Of a DNA stretch of 64,000 nucleotides, positions 23,868 through 36,856 are shown piece after piece. A program made the translations under genes and the position numbers. Position 1 is the stretch's first letter. The number at the start of each line of letters is the position of its first letter. The stretch comes from Pristiophorus japonicus (taxonomy: Eukaryota). The stretch is from positions 179,366,001 through 179,430,000 of the forward strand of contig NC_091984.1 of assembly GCF_044704955.1 (NCBI RefSeq). Direction: 5' to 3'. The notes beneath the pieces were generated by a model. That model searched no databases and was not told where the DNA came from. It saw only the letters and a list, made by a program, of their open reading frames with translations.

Positions 23868-26064
23868 TTTCACTAGTATGTAACGAGTAGTTATAAATCA
23901 TAGTGATTGGGTTAGAAATGTTAATATAAATTACAGATTTTAAGAAGTTCTTTTTTGCATTCAGGAATATTAATGTTTTCAGAGATAAAATGGGATTTGA
24001 GGTTTGTTGTCTTTGGGAAGATATTATGGATGGGAAAGTTCATATCCTATCTGGTATAGTTATATGTTTTCAAGGGTACTGGGAAATATTGTTTGAAGAG
24101 AGATTATCTTATTTAAGTCAAATGATGCGTCCTTGGTAACTATGATCTCCTGAATCCGATTAATTTTGTATGGATCAGCGTTCGAGTTCTTATTTAAGTC
24201 TGTCAGTAAAAACATATAATCCTACACGTAATACAAGAGACTCAAACGATAGTTGTATTGGAATACTTAGCTATATGCTGTAGAAGAGGGGCTGCTTTGT
24301 ATTATAAATTGCCCCCATTCAATTTGCATCTGATGCAAGTTAAATTTCAAATACAATTTTGACAGAGTAGAAGATTATACTTTCAAATTATTTGCACATC
24401 TGGCGGTTGGCTTGTCTCAGTTGTAACTTTCTCACATCTGCAGCAGAACATTTTAGATTTAAGCCCCTTCGCCATGCTTCACATCGGAACACAGGAACAG
24501 GACAAGACTATGGAGCCCCTTGTGCCTGTTCCACATTCCATTGGATAATGGCTGATATGTAGCTTCACTCCATGTATCCGGCTTTGCTCCCCATCCCTTG
24601 ATATCCTTATCCTACACAAATGTATTGATCTCAGTCTTAAAAATCTCAATTTACCCAACAGCCACAATTGTTTTGGGGCAGGAAGTTTCAGATTTCCACC
24701 ACCCTTTGTATGAAAGAGTGTTTCCTGATTTCACTCCTTTATGCCATGGCTCTAGCTTAAAGACCTTGCCTTCCTGTTCTGGATTCGCCCACCCGAGGTA
24801 ATAGTATATGGACGGAGTGCGGATTTGAAGGAAATTCCTTCCTTTCGATGATGCCATAAAGAGGAACTCCACATTCGTTTTCAATCGATTTGCATTATTC
24901 GAAGAAAAGCAGAAGATCACAGCCCATATCCCAAGCCCCATCAATTATTGCCTTAGAAGGAATGGATTTGTGGCTGCAGCTTCTTGCCCTGTTTAGGTTT
25001 ACTATCACTGCGCTGCAGACTAATACATTTCAAAACGGATGTAGTGCTATATAAAGCTACATGTTATCCCTTTTTAAATTAAGGTAAGCAGTAGAAGCAG
25101 CTGAACTTCCTGCAGCAGATGGTTCCACCTCTGACTAGGCAGCTAAAAATGGAAAAACTGGGTAGCGATGACATCAAATAGCTACTCAAGCGTGACTCTG
25201 CCAGCGTGCAATAATAGTCCCAGCATTCACATTAAAACCGACTGAAAAGACTGAACAGACTGGGGCTCTGAATCGTTAAAGATGCTGGGAGGTGACCTAA
25301 TACAGGTCTTTTAATTTATGAAATGGTTTGATAGTAGACGTAGGAAAGATGTTTCCAATTGAGGGGTAGTCCAAAACCAGAATCATTAATAGTATATTGC
25401 CACGAATAAATGCAAGAATGAATTCAGGAGAAACGTCTTTGCCCGCAGAGTGGTTAGAATATGGAACTTGCTAGCAGATAGAGCATTTGAGGAGAAATAT
25501 TTAAATTCCTTTAAGTGGAAGCTAGGTAAATACATGAGGGAGAAAGGGATAGAAGGATGTGAAGATAGGGTTGGGTGAAGCAGGGTGGGAGGAGGCCCGT
25601 ATGGATCAGAAATACCGGCATAGACCAGTGGGGCGGAATGCCCTGTTCCTGTGCTGTAAATTCTATGTAATTCCATGCAAAAATACAAGGATGGCACTGT
25701 TGAGCGTTATTAATCTTGCATTGTAATATTCTTAATAGGTTTGGGCTACACATTAAAAGAAACTTTAAAGAAAGTAAAACTGTGATCTTCAGATTTATTC
25801 GAAATAAAAGCAAATCGTCTTCCAGTTTTATTATTTTCTGAATGCACGGAGCACTCGATTTCTCTGCAATTCATTATGCAGTTTTCTAGATCAACTGATC
25901 CTATGCGATTAGTTGAAGAACATTATTAATCTCCCATTGTAACATTCTTAAGATCGTACAGTTGTACGAAATTTAAATCTTTGAAATGGTAAAACGTAGA
26001 ATTTCGACTTTTTACATCCAATTCTGAGTGGCTTTTCACGGACTGTTTCTAATTTGTTTCTCAG

Positions 26065-26396
26065 ATCCGCGGGCCCCCTAGGTGTCCTTCCATCCGCCTT
26101 CATCGGATCAGATCGCAGCAAAGAACACGGCGATCCTGGTGTGTTTGGTGAACGGCTTTAACCCGGGGCGTTGTGGAGATTGAATGGTTGAATGGACTGT
26201 AGATGGCAGTGTGAGAGGAAATGGTGTTGAGACGAGTCAGATCCAGCAGGAGACGGACAAAACGTTCAGTGTGTGCAGTTATCTGACTCTGCCAGCCTCA
26301 GAGTGGAACTCACACGAGCTTTAATCCTGTGTGGTTAAACACGACACTCAGGCAAATCTGCTTCAAACAAGCATCACGAGATCCAGCTGTATCTGA
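26065..26396 (+). pseudogene. Ig light-chain constant exon, pseudogene
   Basis: Acceptor cag/atccgcgg; TAG in codon 6, +1 frameshift, TTGAATGG duplication, TAC>TAA; ends ...SSCI*; AATAAA at 26600-26605. Confidence 0.92.
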
Positions 26397-27280
26397 TTCA
26401 ATAATCTTATGTATTCTTCTAATATACCATTAGTAAACTTTCTTTGAACAAAGTTCGAATTTAAAGGTTAAGTTTTTTTTTAGTTTAATTGCAAGGTATA
26501 ACGATAAATATACAGTTAGTTTAGCTTGATTCAACTGGGTGTAACTCAAGAGTATGCTGAGTCTGCAGTCATCATACCTTTACTGTCTCATCGCAGAGTA
26601 ATAAAATGATTATTCCGCTTTTCAGATCATGTTATTCTTTTCTTGCTTTAAATTTTTCCGAATGTATAACCATTTTTAAACCGTCCAAATCTCTAGGTTC
26701 CACACTTTGTAAACGCTTGTAAGTTAACATAAAACCGCCAAATTCTCGGCAGAAATAACGATAGTACAGAACGGATGTGTGATGGGGTCGAAATCTAACA
26801 ACCTACAAAATCCTAATTTCGGTTTATATACTGATTGAACTGCATTGAGTCCGTGATTGCATTTAATATTCTCCCTTTTTCTGAATGATCTCAGTGAGAA
26901 ACTATATAAGTACCAAATAACGTTGTATCATGCCCGATGGAAAAGATGAATCTTAATTAGATTCCCAGTAGAATGGGAATACAACCTGAATTGAAAAGGG
27001 AATGCAGAGAATCATAGAATGATTTCGCACAGAAGGGGGCCATTCGCCCCATCCGATTTGTGCAGGCTCTTTAAAACACCTTGTCCAATTGGGGCCACGC
27101 CCTTGAAATTTCCACATAGCCCTGCAATTTCTAACCTTCAAGTATTAAATTGCCATCTCTGAATTCATTCTGCACGTAGTTAAAGCACGGATCCCTTGCT
27201 CATAAACATCCACATGTTAGAGTTTATTTTGAATCGATTTTAATTGCATTTACCAGACGCATAAGAACACGGACAGTACA

Positions 27281-28537
27281 CATGATTTTTGTGGTATATA
27301 TCAATAATTTGGACCTGAATATTGGGGTTATGATTAAGAAGTTTGCAGGTGGTACAAAAATTGGCCTTCTGGTTAATAATGAAGAAGAAAGCTATAGACT
27401 GCAGGGAGATATCAATGGACTGATTTGGTTGGCAAAAGTAATTCAATCCGGAGCAATGTGGGAAGGGAATGCACAATAAATAGTAGGACACTGAGAAGTG
27501 TAAAGGAACAGAGGGACATTGGAGTGCATGGTAAGAGATCCCTGAAGGTAGCAGGACAAATAGATAAGCTGGTTAACAAGACATATGGGATACTTGCATT
27601 TATTAGCCGAGGCACAGAATATAAGAGTAGGGAGGTTATGTTTGAACTGTACAAAACAATAGTTAGGCCACAGCTAGAGTACTGCGTGCAGTTCTGGTCA
27701 CCACATTACAGGAAAGACGTCATCACACTAGAGAGGGTACAGAGGAAGTTTACGAGGTGTTGCCTGGACTAGAGAATTCTAGCTATGAGGAAAGATTGGA
27801 TAGGCTGGGTTTGTTTTCTTTGGAACAAGGGAGGCTGAGGGGACATCTTATAGAGATGTATACAATTACAAGAGGCCTAGATAGCCTGGATAGGAAGGAC
27901 CTGTTTTCCTTAGCAGAGATGTCAATAACCGGGGGCATAGCTTCAAATAATTGGTAGGAGGTTTAGACTGGATTTGAAGGGAAACATTTTCACCTAAATG
28001 GTGGTGGGGTCTGGATCTCACTTCCTGAAAGGGTTGTAGATGCAGAAACCCTCACCACATTTAAAAAGTACTTTGATATGCGCTTGAAGTGCCGTAACCT
28101 ACAGGGCTACGGACCAAGAGCTGGAAAGTAGAATTAGGCTCGATAGCTCTTTGTTGGCTGGCATGGAAACGATGGGTAGAATGGCCTCCTTCTCTGCTGT
28201 CATTTTCTATACGTAACACCCCATTGACCATTACCATTCGCTTCCTGCCTCTGAGCCAATTTTTGATCCAATTTTCCACTTTGCATTGGATTCCATTGGC
28301 TTTTAATTTCGTGAGCTGTCTGCCATGTGGGACGTTATCAAAAGCCTTGCTAAAATCCATAAAGACTACATCAAATGCACTATCCTCATCGACTATTCTC
28401 ATTAACCCCTCGAAAAATTCAATCAATTTAGTCAGACACGACATTCCCTTAAGATGTCCATGGTGACTGTCCTTGATTAATCCGTGTCTTTCTAAATGAA
28501 GATATATCATGACCCTTAGAATATTTTCCAATAATCT
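27281..28537. mobile_element. Composite CR1: 3' part on + (~27287-28212) joined to its upstream part on - (~28213-28536)
   Basis: + VVYINNLD...VRPQLEYCVQFW...tail; - LTKLIEFFE...FMDFSKAFD...VMVNG. Confidence 0.85.
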
Positions 28538-30585
28538 AGCCTGAGAAGGAGCAGCTTGTACATTTAAATGAGGTTTTAAATCAGGAGAAAACTTGGATAA
28601 GTAGTCAATATCAGAGACGAAATGTTCAGATGAGAGAATAAGGATAAATAAAGGAGAAGATAATGTCCCTTTCCGACCGTTGACACAGGCTAAACGAGGA
28701 TCTTTTTTTGTTTCAGTGTACTGTTTTGTTTTAAGTTTCTCTGCGAAGCTGCAGTCTGCAGAACTATGCCCGATGTGGCTCCGTCCATTTGTCACAGTCG
28801 TTTTCTAAAGTGTTAACCCTTTGTAGACCTTACCATAGTTAACATTAACATTGGTACAAATATTTAAATCCTGCAAAAGCTAATTTGTTTCTCCATGTTA
28901 AACTGAATGGATCGGCAATGAAGCAATCCACTTGGCATGAACATAAATTATATTTTAAAGCCGAAGACATAACTAATGTTACCTGTAGGAGTAGTTATTT
29001 TGAGCAGAATAGCCAGCATCATATCAATTCATATCACAACAGCTTTAGAAGGGGTTAATGGAAACAAATTTGTCTCAAAGCCCAAAGGAACATAGAGATT
29101 AGAACGAAAGTGTGAAATGATGTATTGTCTGGAATTAGGTTGGCAATATGAAAAAATAATAGGCTTTCTCTGTAAGAGATCAGGAAGTGAAAGCCATGAG
29201 TGAAGAATGGGCACCGAATGAGTGAAAAAAAGGCAGCGATACGAGTATGCATGTGAACCTGCGAGGTGGAAATTACATTGCATATTGAAATGATATATTA
29301 ACAGATTGAAACAGGAATGGATTTAAGTAATAACAGTATGCGTAAACTGCGTAGTCCATCCTATAACCCTCCTAATTCTCATCTGCATGATGCCCCTCCT
29401 CGACATCATCAGAAGACACAACATCAAGTTCCACATATATGCTGACCATGCACAGCTGTAACTCACCACCACTTCTCTCAAACTCCCAATACCTCTGTAC
29501 TGTCAGAAATCCAGTCATGGCTCACAGAAATATCCTCCAATTTACAAGCGTAGTTATTACACCTGTCCTCATAATTTAACCATTATAGCCCCAGTATCAT
29601 CCTGGTTAATCTTCACTGCACTGTCTGCAAGACCGATATTTAATTCGTGAGGGTCAGTGGCCAGCTCTGAACACTGTACTTCAGAATAGGTCAAACCAGA
29701 GCGTTGTACAGCTGTAATATAACTTCTATCGATTTGTATTCCAGTCCTCTTACGATAAAGACCAACATTTCATTAGCCATGTTCATTATTTTTTGTAGAT
29801 TTAAGTGATTCCTGTACTTGGAGACGTGAATTTATCTGTGCATCCATAGTTCCTAGCTCCATGCCATTTAGAAAATTAGCTTTCTTCGTTCCAACGTGGA
29901 TGACGTCACAGTTTCCTGCATTGAACTGCACCTGCCACCGTTTTGCCCATTCACTTAATCTATCAATATCCGTTTGCAACTTTCTGCTCTCGGGTATATT
30001 GGCGTGGCCCTGAATTTACGGTCAGTATGAGACAATACTTTCATAGTATGCCATCATATTGCCTTTGAAATTGACCGTTCAATTCCAAACTTGCAATCTG
30101 TCGACTTCCGACTCCGCATCGGCTTTGCTGCACGTTTCTCCTACCCATTGAAATCAACATCCTGGCAAACAGTTGGGCTAATTGCCCAGGTGCATGAGCC
30201 TGTTTTCACAGCGTAGGAGGAGGGTGGTGAGAAAATTGTATAGGTATTAATTACCTTCAAATTAAATTAACAACGCCTTTTCAGATTACAGCGCCCCTCT
30301 TGTCAAAACCCACTAGAATAAGCATTAAGATGCAATGCTGACACTGAATGACATTACCTCCGCAAGTGCGCTTATTATTCATTTAGTCTTTTATCGATTT
30401 TTTTAAATGAAAACGTTTTCCATTATACTAATGCTCTACGTTATATGAAATATTCATCGGGATATAAAATTATGAATCCCACATAGTATAAATCTGTTCC
30501 TGTTTACATAGCTTTATTTGAACAATCCTTTCATTGCTTTCATTTCGTTTCGCTTTTGTAAATGAACTATTTAAATACATATAAT

Positions 30586-31249
30586 GGGTCGTAAATTGCG
30601 GCCTCTCCGGGTGCGTGCAATGTTCACACGTGCCCGAAGAGGGCTCTGAAGTGCCGATTTATTTTGACAGATCGCATGCATCCCTGGGAGAAGAGATTTG
30701 GGCTAATTGCCCAACTCCTGCGCAGTGCATGTCCTTCAAACTCCTATACCTGGTACCAGCTTAAGAGTTTTAAACAATAGAAAAACAAAATATTATCAAT
30801 AATTTTTACATTAAAAATACTGTACATTAAGGTAAGTTTGTTTTTACACCTATTAAAACATATTAAAAAAGTCAAAAATGTAAATATTTGTCTAAAACAT
30901 ATAATTAAATTCAATTTCCATTAATTTTAAGTATGTGAGGAGCTTTTTTTAATTTATTTTGTTGTGGTTCTGTGTTTTTGAAGGTATTCTCACATAATAT
31001 TGGGAGCTCGGAAATTCAGAACTCGCCATTATTGTCAATGAAAATACTCCATGTTCATTGGTGGTCCAGGCCCACGTGATCCCAGGTTGCGCTTACGTTC
31101 CTGGGTTCCTGGGCCCATACGCTGGACTGCAAATGGAGGCCTCGGACAGCAAGTCGACATTCCTCCAGGACCACTAGGTACAATCGTAAAAAAGGATTTC
31201 GGTCATAGGCGTACGCCGGCAGGAAGCCACCGACCGCAATTTCTGGGCC
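30586..31249. mobile_element. Non-autonomous DNA transposon (Harbinger-like MITE)
   Basis: Imperfect TIRs GGGTCGTAAATTGCGG / CCGCAATTTCTGGGCC with an AT-rich centre; termini resemble GGCCTAGAAATT at 62909. Confidence 0.55.
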
Positions 31250-32189
31250 TATAATCAGCTTTATAGTGAGTCTTTATAACTGAACGCTGCACTAATAAAC
31301 TGGGAACATCCACAACCATAAACGATAGTAATCTCTCTTTCCTGATTGGGTAAGAGTCGTGAAGTGAATTAAGCACCGCCCCCACGTGGTCCCGGGTATG
31401 CTAGCGCAACTGGGATCAGTGGGCCACTACGCTGGGCACAACTCTGCAATGAAGCAAGGCAGCTTCTCGAAGCGGGGTTCATATCAGATAAATGTGCGTT
31501 TCCTACGGATGCCAGTGGCATGGTTACATCACTGACGGCGAATTCAGAGCCTTTATTTGACGTGCCACCTTCCTAAATCTCGTCAGCAAACTTACATATA
31601 CAGCTCTCTATTCCTTCAACCAAGTTAGTTATACATATGTAGGACTGAGAATTATAGTAAGTGTCCACATTATCATCCTGCAGTCTCAGTCCGAGAATGG
31701 TTATTAATCGCCAAAGTGCTTTAGTGGGAATTAAAACGGTATCATGTGAAACATTTGACTTTGCGCCTTTATCTTTTGCCTACAATTACTGGCAGCCTGG
31801 CCATTTGAAAGACTAGGAGGCCGATCGTGCCCTCCCCATTTCTTTAAAAGAGCGTTCGACGTAAGCCGTTTTCCAGACATATTTTGTCCATTTTCGAATG
31901 TTTATCTACGTCCCTTTTAAAACGCTACCATGGATTCTGCTTGCTGCACACTTACAGGTAGGACACTGCATGTTCTCACAGACCCTTGTAAGCTTCAGGT
32001 GAATACAGCTTCTCCAATCTCCTTTCATAGCTAAAACCTCACAGTAGTGGTGACATCTTTTTAAATGGCTTTTGTATTGCCTCAAATGCATTAGGACCAC
32101 CCCAACCACTCCCCCCTCCCCCCTCCCCCCGCCCCCCGCTTCACCCCAAAGTTGTGCGCCCGTTGTGCCTGGCTATCACTTAAATATCA

Positions 32190-32318
32190 TTGACGAAAGG
32201 TCATCGACCTGAAACGTTAACTTTGTTTCTCTCGACAGATGCCGCCTGACCCGCTGAGATTTCCAGCATTTTCTGTTTTTATTTCAGATTCCAGCATCCG
32301 CAGTGTTTTGCTTTTGTA
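32190..32318 (+). mobile_element. Penelope-like terminal fragment with minimal hammerhead motif
   Basis: tTGACGA-a-AGGTC-atc-GACCT-GAAAC at 32190-32215; homologous to 681-815. Confidence 0.65.
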
Positions 32319-32612
32319 TAAATGCCACTAGCCGGTGATGTACAAGCTAATTATAAATATATTTTCAGGTCAATGGTTTTGACTTAAACTTACTCAATCT
32401 GCCAAGCAAATGTTTTTTTTCGTCCATCAGGTTGCAAATATTAGGGGACAGTTTAATGGGCGCTTTTGGAAACCGATTTAAATTATTTGCTGTAATCATC
32501 TTACAAGACAGTTATATTTTTGTACCCGGGAACTATGACCTAAAAACTAAAGAAAAATCGAAAATTGGTAGTTGACAAATCCGAAGCTGCACACTGCGAT
32601 TAATGTACTTAG

Positions 32613-34181
32613 TGCTCAGATTCAGCTTGGTTCCTCTCCAGAAAGTGAATCTATCAACACTCCACACAGCACAATAATAATCGGCGGCATCCTCTGATAG
32701 CACGTTGGTGATGGCTAAAAATCTTGTTACTCGATGAGTTCCCAGACCCTGTAAATCGATCTGGAATACCCGAGCTTCTGGAGCTTTCAACCAAACCAAC
32801 GCACGGGCACTGCCAGGTTTCTGCCAGTACCAGCTCGTGCCGCAGTTGCGGATTTTGCCTGCGGACAGGTTGATCATGACGGTTCTCCCAGGGAGGTTGA
32901 GATGGACGTGGGCTGAGAAAACAGAGAATCGTAGCCAGAGAATCACCTGCAATGGCTTCTCTTCCTGCCTAAGCATCCTTACCTCTGGTGTCCCCAATGA
33001 TCTATCCTTGGCCCCCTCCTATTTCTCATCCACATGTTGCCCTTTGGCCATATCATTCGAAAACACCGCGTCAGTTTCCACATGTACACTGATGACACCC
33101 AGCTCTAACTCACTTCCACTTCTCTCGACCCCTCTTCAATATTAATTTGTCAGCAGACATTTTCTCCAATTGAATATTGGGAAGACCAAAGCCATTGTTC
33201 TCCACAAACTCAGTTCCCTAGCCACTGATTCCATCTCTCTCTCCAACTTGTGTCTGAGGCTGAACCAGACTATCATAATCTTGGTGTCATATTTGATCCT
33301 GAAATGAGCTTTCGACCACATATTTGCTGCATAACTAAGTTCGCCTATTTCCATAAAATCGCCCATCTCCGCCCTTGCCTCAGCTCATCCGCTGCTGAAT
33401 CCTTCATACATGCCTTTGTATCTCTAGACTTGACTATTCCAAAGCACTACTACATTCTACCCTATGTAAATTAGAGATGTTCCAAAACTCGGCTGCCCGT
33501 GTGCTAAGTCAGACCAAGTTCAACTTACCTATCACACCTGTGTATCTGACCTACATTGGCTCCTGGTTATGCAATGCCTCGATTTCAAAATTCTCATCCT
33601 TGTATTCAAATCCCTCCGTGGCCTCGCCCCTCCCTAGCTCTGTAATCTCCTCCAGCCCCACAACCCCCGACATGTCTGCATTCCTCTAATTCTGCCTTCT
33701 TGAGCATCCCTGATTATAATCGCTCAATCATTGGTGGCCGTGCCTTCTGTTACCTTGGACGTAAGCACCGAAATTCCCTGCCTAAACCTCTCCGCCTCTC
33801 TACCACACTTTCCTCTTTCAAGACGCTCCATAAACCTACCTCTTTGACCAACCTGCCCTAATTTCTCCTTCTGCGGCTTAGTGTCAATTTTTTAAAGCTC
33901 ATAATACTCTGGTGAAGCGCCTTGAGATGTTTCACTACATTAAAGGCGCTATATAGATACAAGCTGTTGTTGAGTCAGGACAAGATCCCTGTTCGAACCT
34001 GGTGATATAACAAGTGATTGATGAGTCGCAAATCTGTGGATTTCTGAATATTCAGATCCGTTCAAAACAACCACAACCAAAAAATCAGGGCAATGTAAAA
34101 ATCAGCGATTTTAAAGGTTAAGTCCTGTACTAACTTAAGAAAGAGCATTAGTGCGGCGACAAGCCGAACCCATTGAGTCAT
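32613..34181 (-). pseudogene. Inverted orphan Ig light-chain leader plus germline-joined VJ pseudogene (leader 34181-34135; V start 33998-33971; remainder 32917-32613)
   Basis: MTQWVRLVAALMLFL; cag/..SNRDLVLTQ; SWYWQKPGSA; EDAADYYCAVWSVDRFTFWRGTKLNLS; first Cys codon deleted, frameshifts, J donor GT>CT (32612-32611). Confidence 0.88.
32918..33970 (+). mobile_element. L2-clade LINE 3' fragment inserted in V framework 1
   Basis: [12 protein letters not shown] and HMYTDDTQL motifs; AAAGGCGCTATATA...(TTG)n tail; TGAG duplicated at 32914-32917 and 33971-33974. Confidence 0.85.
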
Positions 34182-34302
34182 GGTGAAGGCTTTGGTGATG
34201 GTCAGAAGCAAAAGGTTTTCTGAGACGAATTTTGTTTAGGGCTTTTACGAAAGCGCCTTAAGAAGTTTCAAAATTCGCAATGTCACTTGGTTTTCATTAT
34301 TC

Positions 34303-34310
34303 ATGCAAAT
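34303..34310 (-). promoter_or_regulatory. Octamer of the inverted V gene
   Basis: ATTTGCAT on the - strand ~125 bp upstream of ATG 34181. Confidence 0.85.
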
Positions 34311-34967
34311 CACCGTCCACGTGACATCATAGGTCTTGTTCTGACTGATACTTCCACTATTCTATCTATTTGAAATAAATGAGCAATAAAGAGTCAACGT
34401 CATAGAATTGAACACGAGAATGGTAGAATACTGCATACTAAATGGAGCAGTAAAACGATGGCGAGCGACTAAGTTACAGTAGGCTTGGTGTTTAGAAGCC
34501 TAAAGGTTGTAATAGAGAGAAAAGCCTGAGTTTAGTGAAGGGTTCAATATCTCAGCAATATAGATGCAGATAGATGGATTCATGGAGAGAGAGATAGATA
34601 AATTGTATAGAGAGTTAAGCAGTGTGAGAAAAACATGGAAGATTTAACGGCGCTTTTTGAAAGGTATGTTATCAATGATTTTGAGAGATCTATTTGAGCT
34701 TACATGAGAAAGTGAAGTTCAGAATGTCGATGTATGGAAACAGTAAGGTAAATGAATCAAATGTAACAGTTGTTTGTGTCGTCTTGTGAGAGATACACAA
34801 AATTGCTTTGTGTTGTCCGGATGTGTGATCTCATTAAATGAACCTTTGTACGAAATTCCAGAACTTCCTATTTGAATGGGAGCGTTAATCATTTAAAAAT
34901 AGCAATCCAAAACGCATTTCTTACAGACACTTTAAATGCCTTTAACTAATATTTCACAGTGCGATTT

Positions 34968-35345
34968 CACTACAGACTTGAACACAAAAATCTAGCCTGA
35001 CACTTTGTGCAGTACTGAGGGAATGCTTCACTATCGGAGGTGCCATCTTTTGGATGAAGCATTAAACAGAGCCCCATCGCATGTAAACGATCCCATGGCA
35101 TTAATTCGAAGAAGAACAGAGGAGCTCTCCCCTGTGCCTTGGCCAAAATTGGTCTCTCAAACAACATCACAAAAACAGTGTATCTGTTCATTATCGCATT
35201 GCTCTTTGTGGGAGCTTGATGTGCGCAAATTGACTGCCGCGTTTCCTACATTACAACATTGACTAAACTTCCAAAGTACTTAATTTGCTGTACAGTGCTT
35301 TGGGACGTCCTGAGATCGTGAAAGGGGTTGTATAACTGCAAGTTT
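34968..35345 (+). mobile_element. Deu-domain SINE, 5'-truncated
   Basis: GGGAGCTTGATGTGCGCAAATTGACTGCCGCGTTTCCTACATTACAAC core; homologous to 4020-4400. Confidence 0.75.
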
Positions 35346-35838
35346 TTATTGTTTTAGAAGCATTGGATGAATTAACATTGCCATTGTCGAGTTGAAGGGC
35401 GTAGACAGCAAGATGCAAAGGTTTAATTGTTGCAATGGGAGAGCACTGAGGGTTGCGGTTTCAGATAACGTCATAAGTACATGCTTGCTAATCTTTGCAT
35501 GCATAGCCCTAAATCATCCCGATTTTGGGCTATTCCGTATCCTCACCACTGAAGAGGATCGAATAATTGAAATTTAACAAGTCAAATGACAATAGTTTAT
35601 GAGAACATTATATAAGTTTTTGTATATTTCCTGTTTTAAGCACACATTTTTGGCGTAAAATGTCTTGCGATGAGTTAATCCCTACTATGGAATTGAAAAT
35701 ATTGGCCCCGCTGATGGTTTGGAGAGTGTACAATAGGTTAACGGATTATCATGTTAAAGGGTAGTATGGAATGGTTAGCATAGAGGCATAAAGGAAAGGA
35801 GGAAATGTAGAAACCATGGGGTTACATTGGGCGTGAGT

Positions 35839-36856
35839 CATAAGAATTAGGAACAGGAGTAGGCCATCTAGCCCCTTGACCCTGCTCCGCCACTCAACAA
35901 GATCATGGCTGATCTGGCCGTGGACTCAGCTCCACTTACCCGCCCGCTCCCCATAACCCTTAATTCGCTTATTGGTTAAAAACTTATCGATCTGTGATTT
36001 GAATACATTCAATGAGCTAGCCTCAACTGCTTCCCAGGGCAGAGAATTCCACAGATTCACAACCCTCTGGGAGAAGACAGTCCTTCTCAACTCGGTTTTA
36101 AATTGTCTCCCCCGTATTTTGAGGCTGTGCCCCCTAGTTATAGTCTCCCCGACCAGTGGAAACAACCTCTCTGCCTCTATCTTGTCTATCCCTTTCATTA
36201 TTTTAAATGTTTCTATAAGATCACCCCTCATCCTTCTGAACTCCAACGAGTAAAGGCCCAGTCTACTCAATCTATCATCATAAGGTGGTAACCCCCTCAT
36301 CTCCGGAATCAGCTTGGTGAATCGTCTCTGTACCTCCTCCAAAACTAGTATATGCTTCCTTAAGCAAGGTGACCAAAACTGCATGCAGAACTCCAGGTGC
36401 GGCCTCACCAATACCCTGTACAGTTGCAGCAGGACTTCCCTGCTTTTGTACTCCATCCCTCTCGCAATTAAGGCCAACATTCCATTCGCCTTCCTGATTA
36501 CCTGTTGCACCTGCAAACTAACTTTTTGGGATTCATGCACAAGGACCCCCAGGTTCCTCTGCACCGCAGCATGTTGTAACTTCTCCCCATTCAAATAATA
36601 TTCCCTTTTACTGTTTTTTTTTCCCAAGGTGGATGACCTCACATTTTCCGACATTGTATTCCATCTGCCAAACCTTAGCCCATTCGCTTAACCTATCTAA
36701 ATCTCTTTGCAGCCTCTCTGTGTCCTCTACACAACCCGCTTTCCCACTAATCTTTGTGTCATCTGCAAATTTTGTTACACTACACTCTGTCCCCTCTTCC
36801 AGGTCATCTATGTGTATTGTAAACAGTTGTGATCCCAGCACCGATCCCTGTGGCAC
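35839..36856 (-). mobile_element. CR1 LINE, 5'-truncated
   Basis: [12 protein letters not shown]...KFADDTK...RAGKWS* (ORFs 36608-36868, 35926-36654) plus 3' UTR. Confidence 0.93.

Larger units (their letters stand above)
21445..29720 (+). repeat. Duplicated Ig light-chain cluster unit, copy 1 (paralogous to ~39630-48260)
   Basis: Collinear similarity through promoter, introns and 3' flank, e.g. 21450 vs 39638, 24300 vs 42990, 28538 vs 47118, 29600-29718 vs 48135-48260. Confidence 0.9.

Noticed and set aside
32533-32997. 154-aa ORF resembling a complete V-domain protein
   Set aside because: Chimera of antisense L2 and a V pseudogene with compensating frameshifts; lacks the first Cys and the splice donor.
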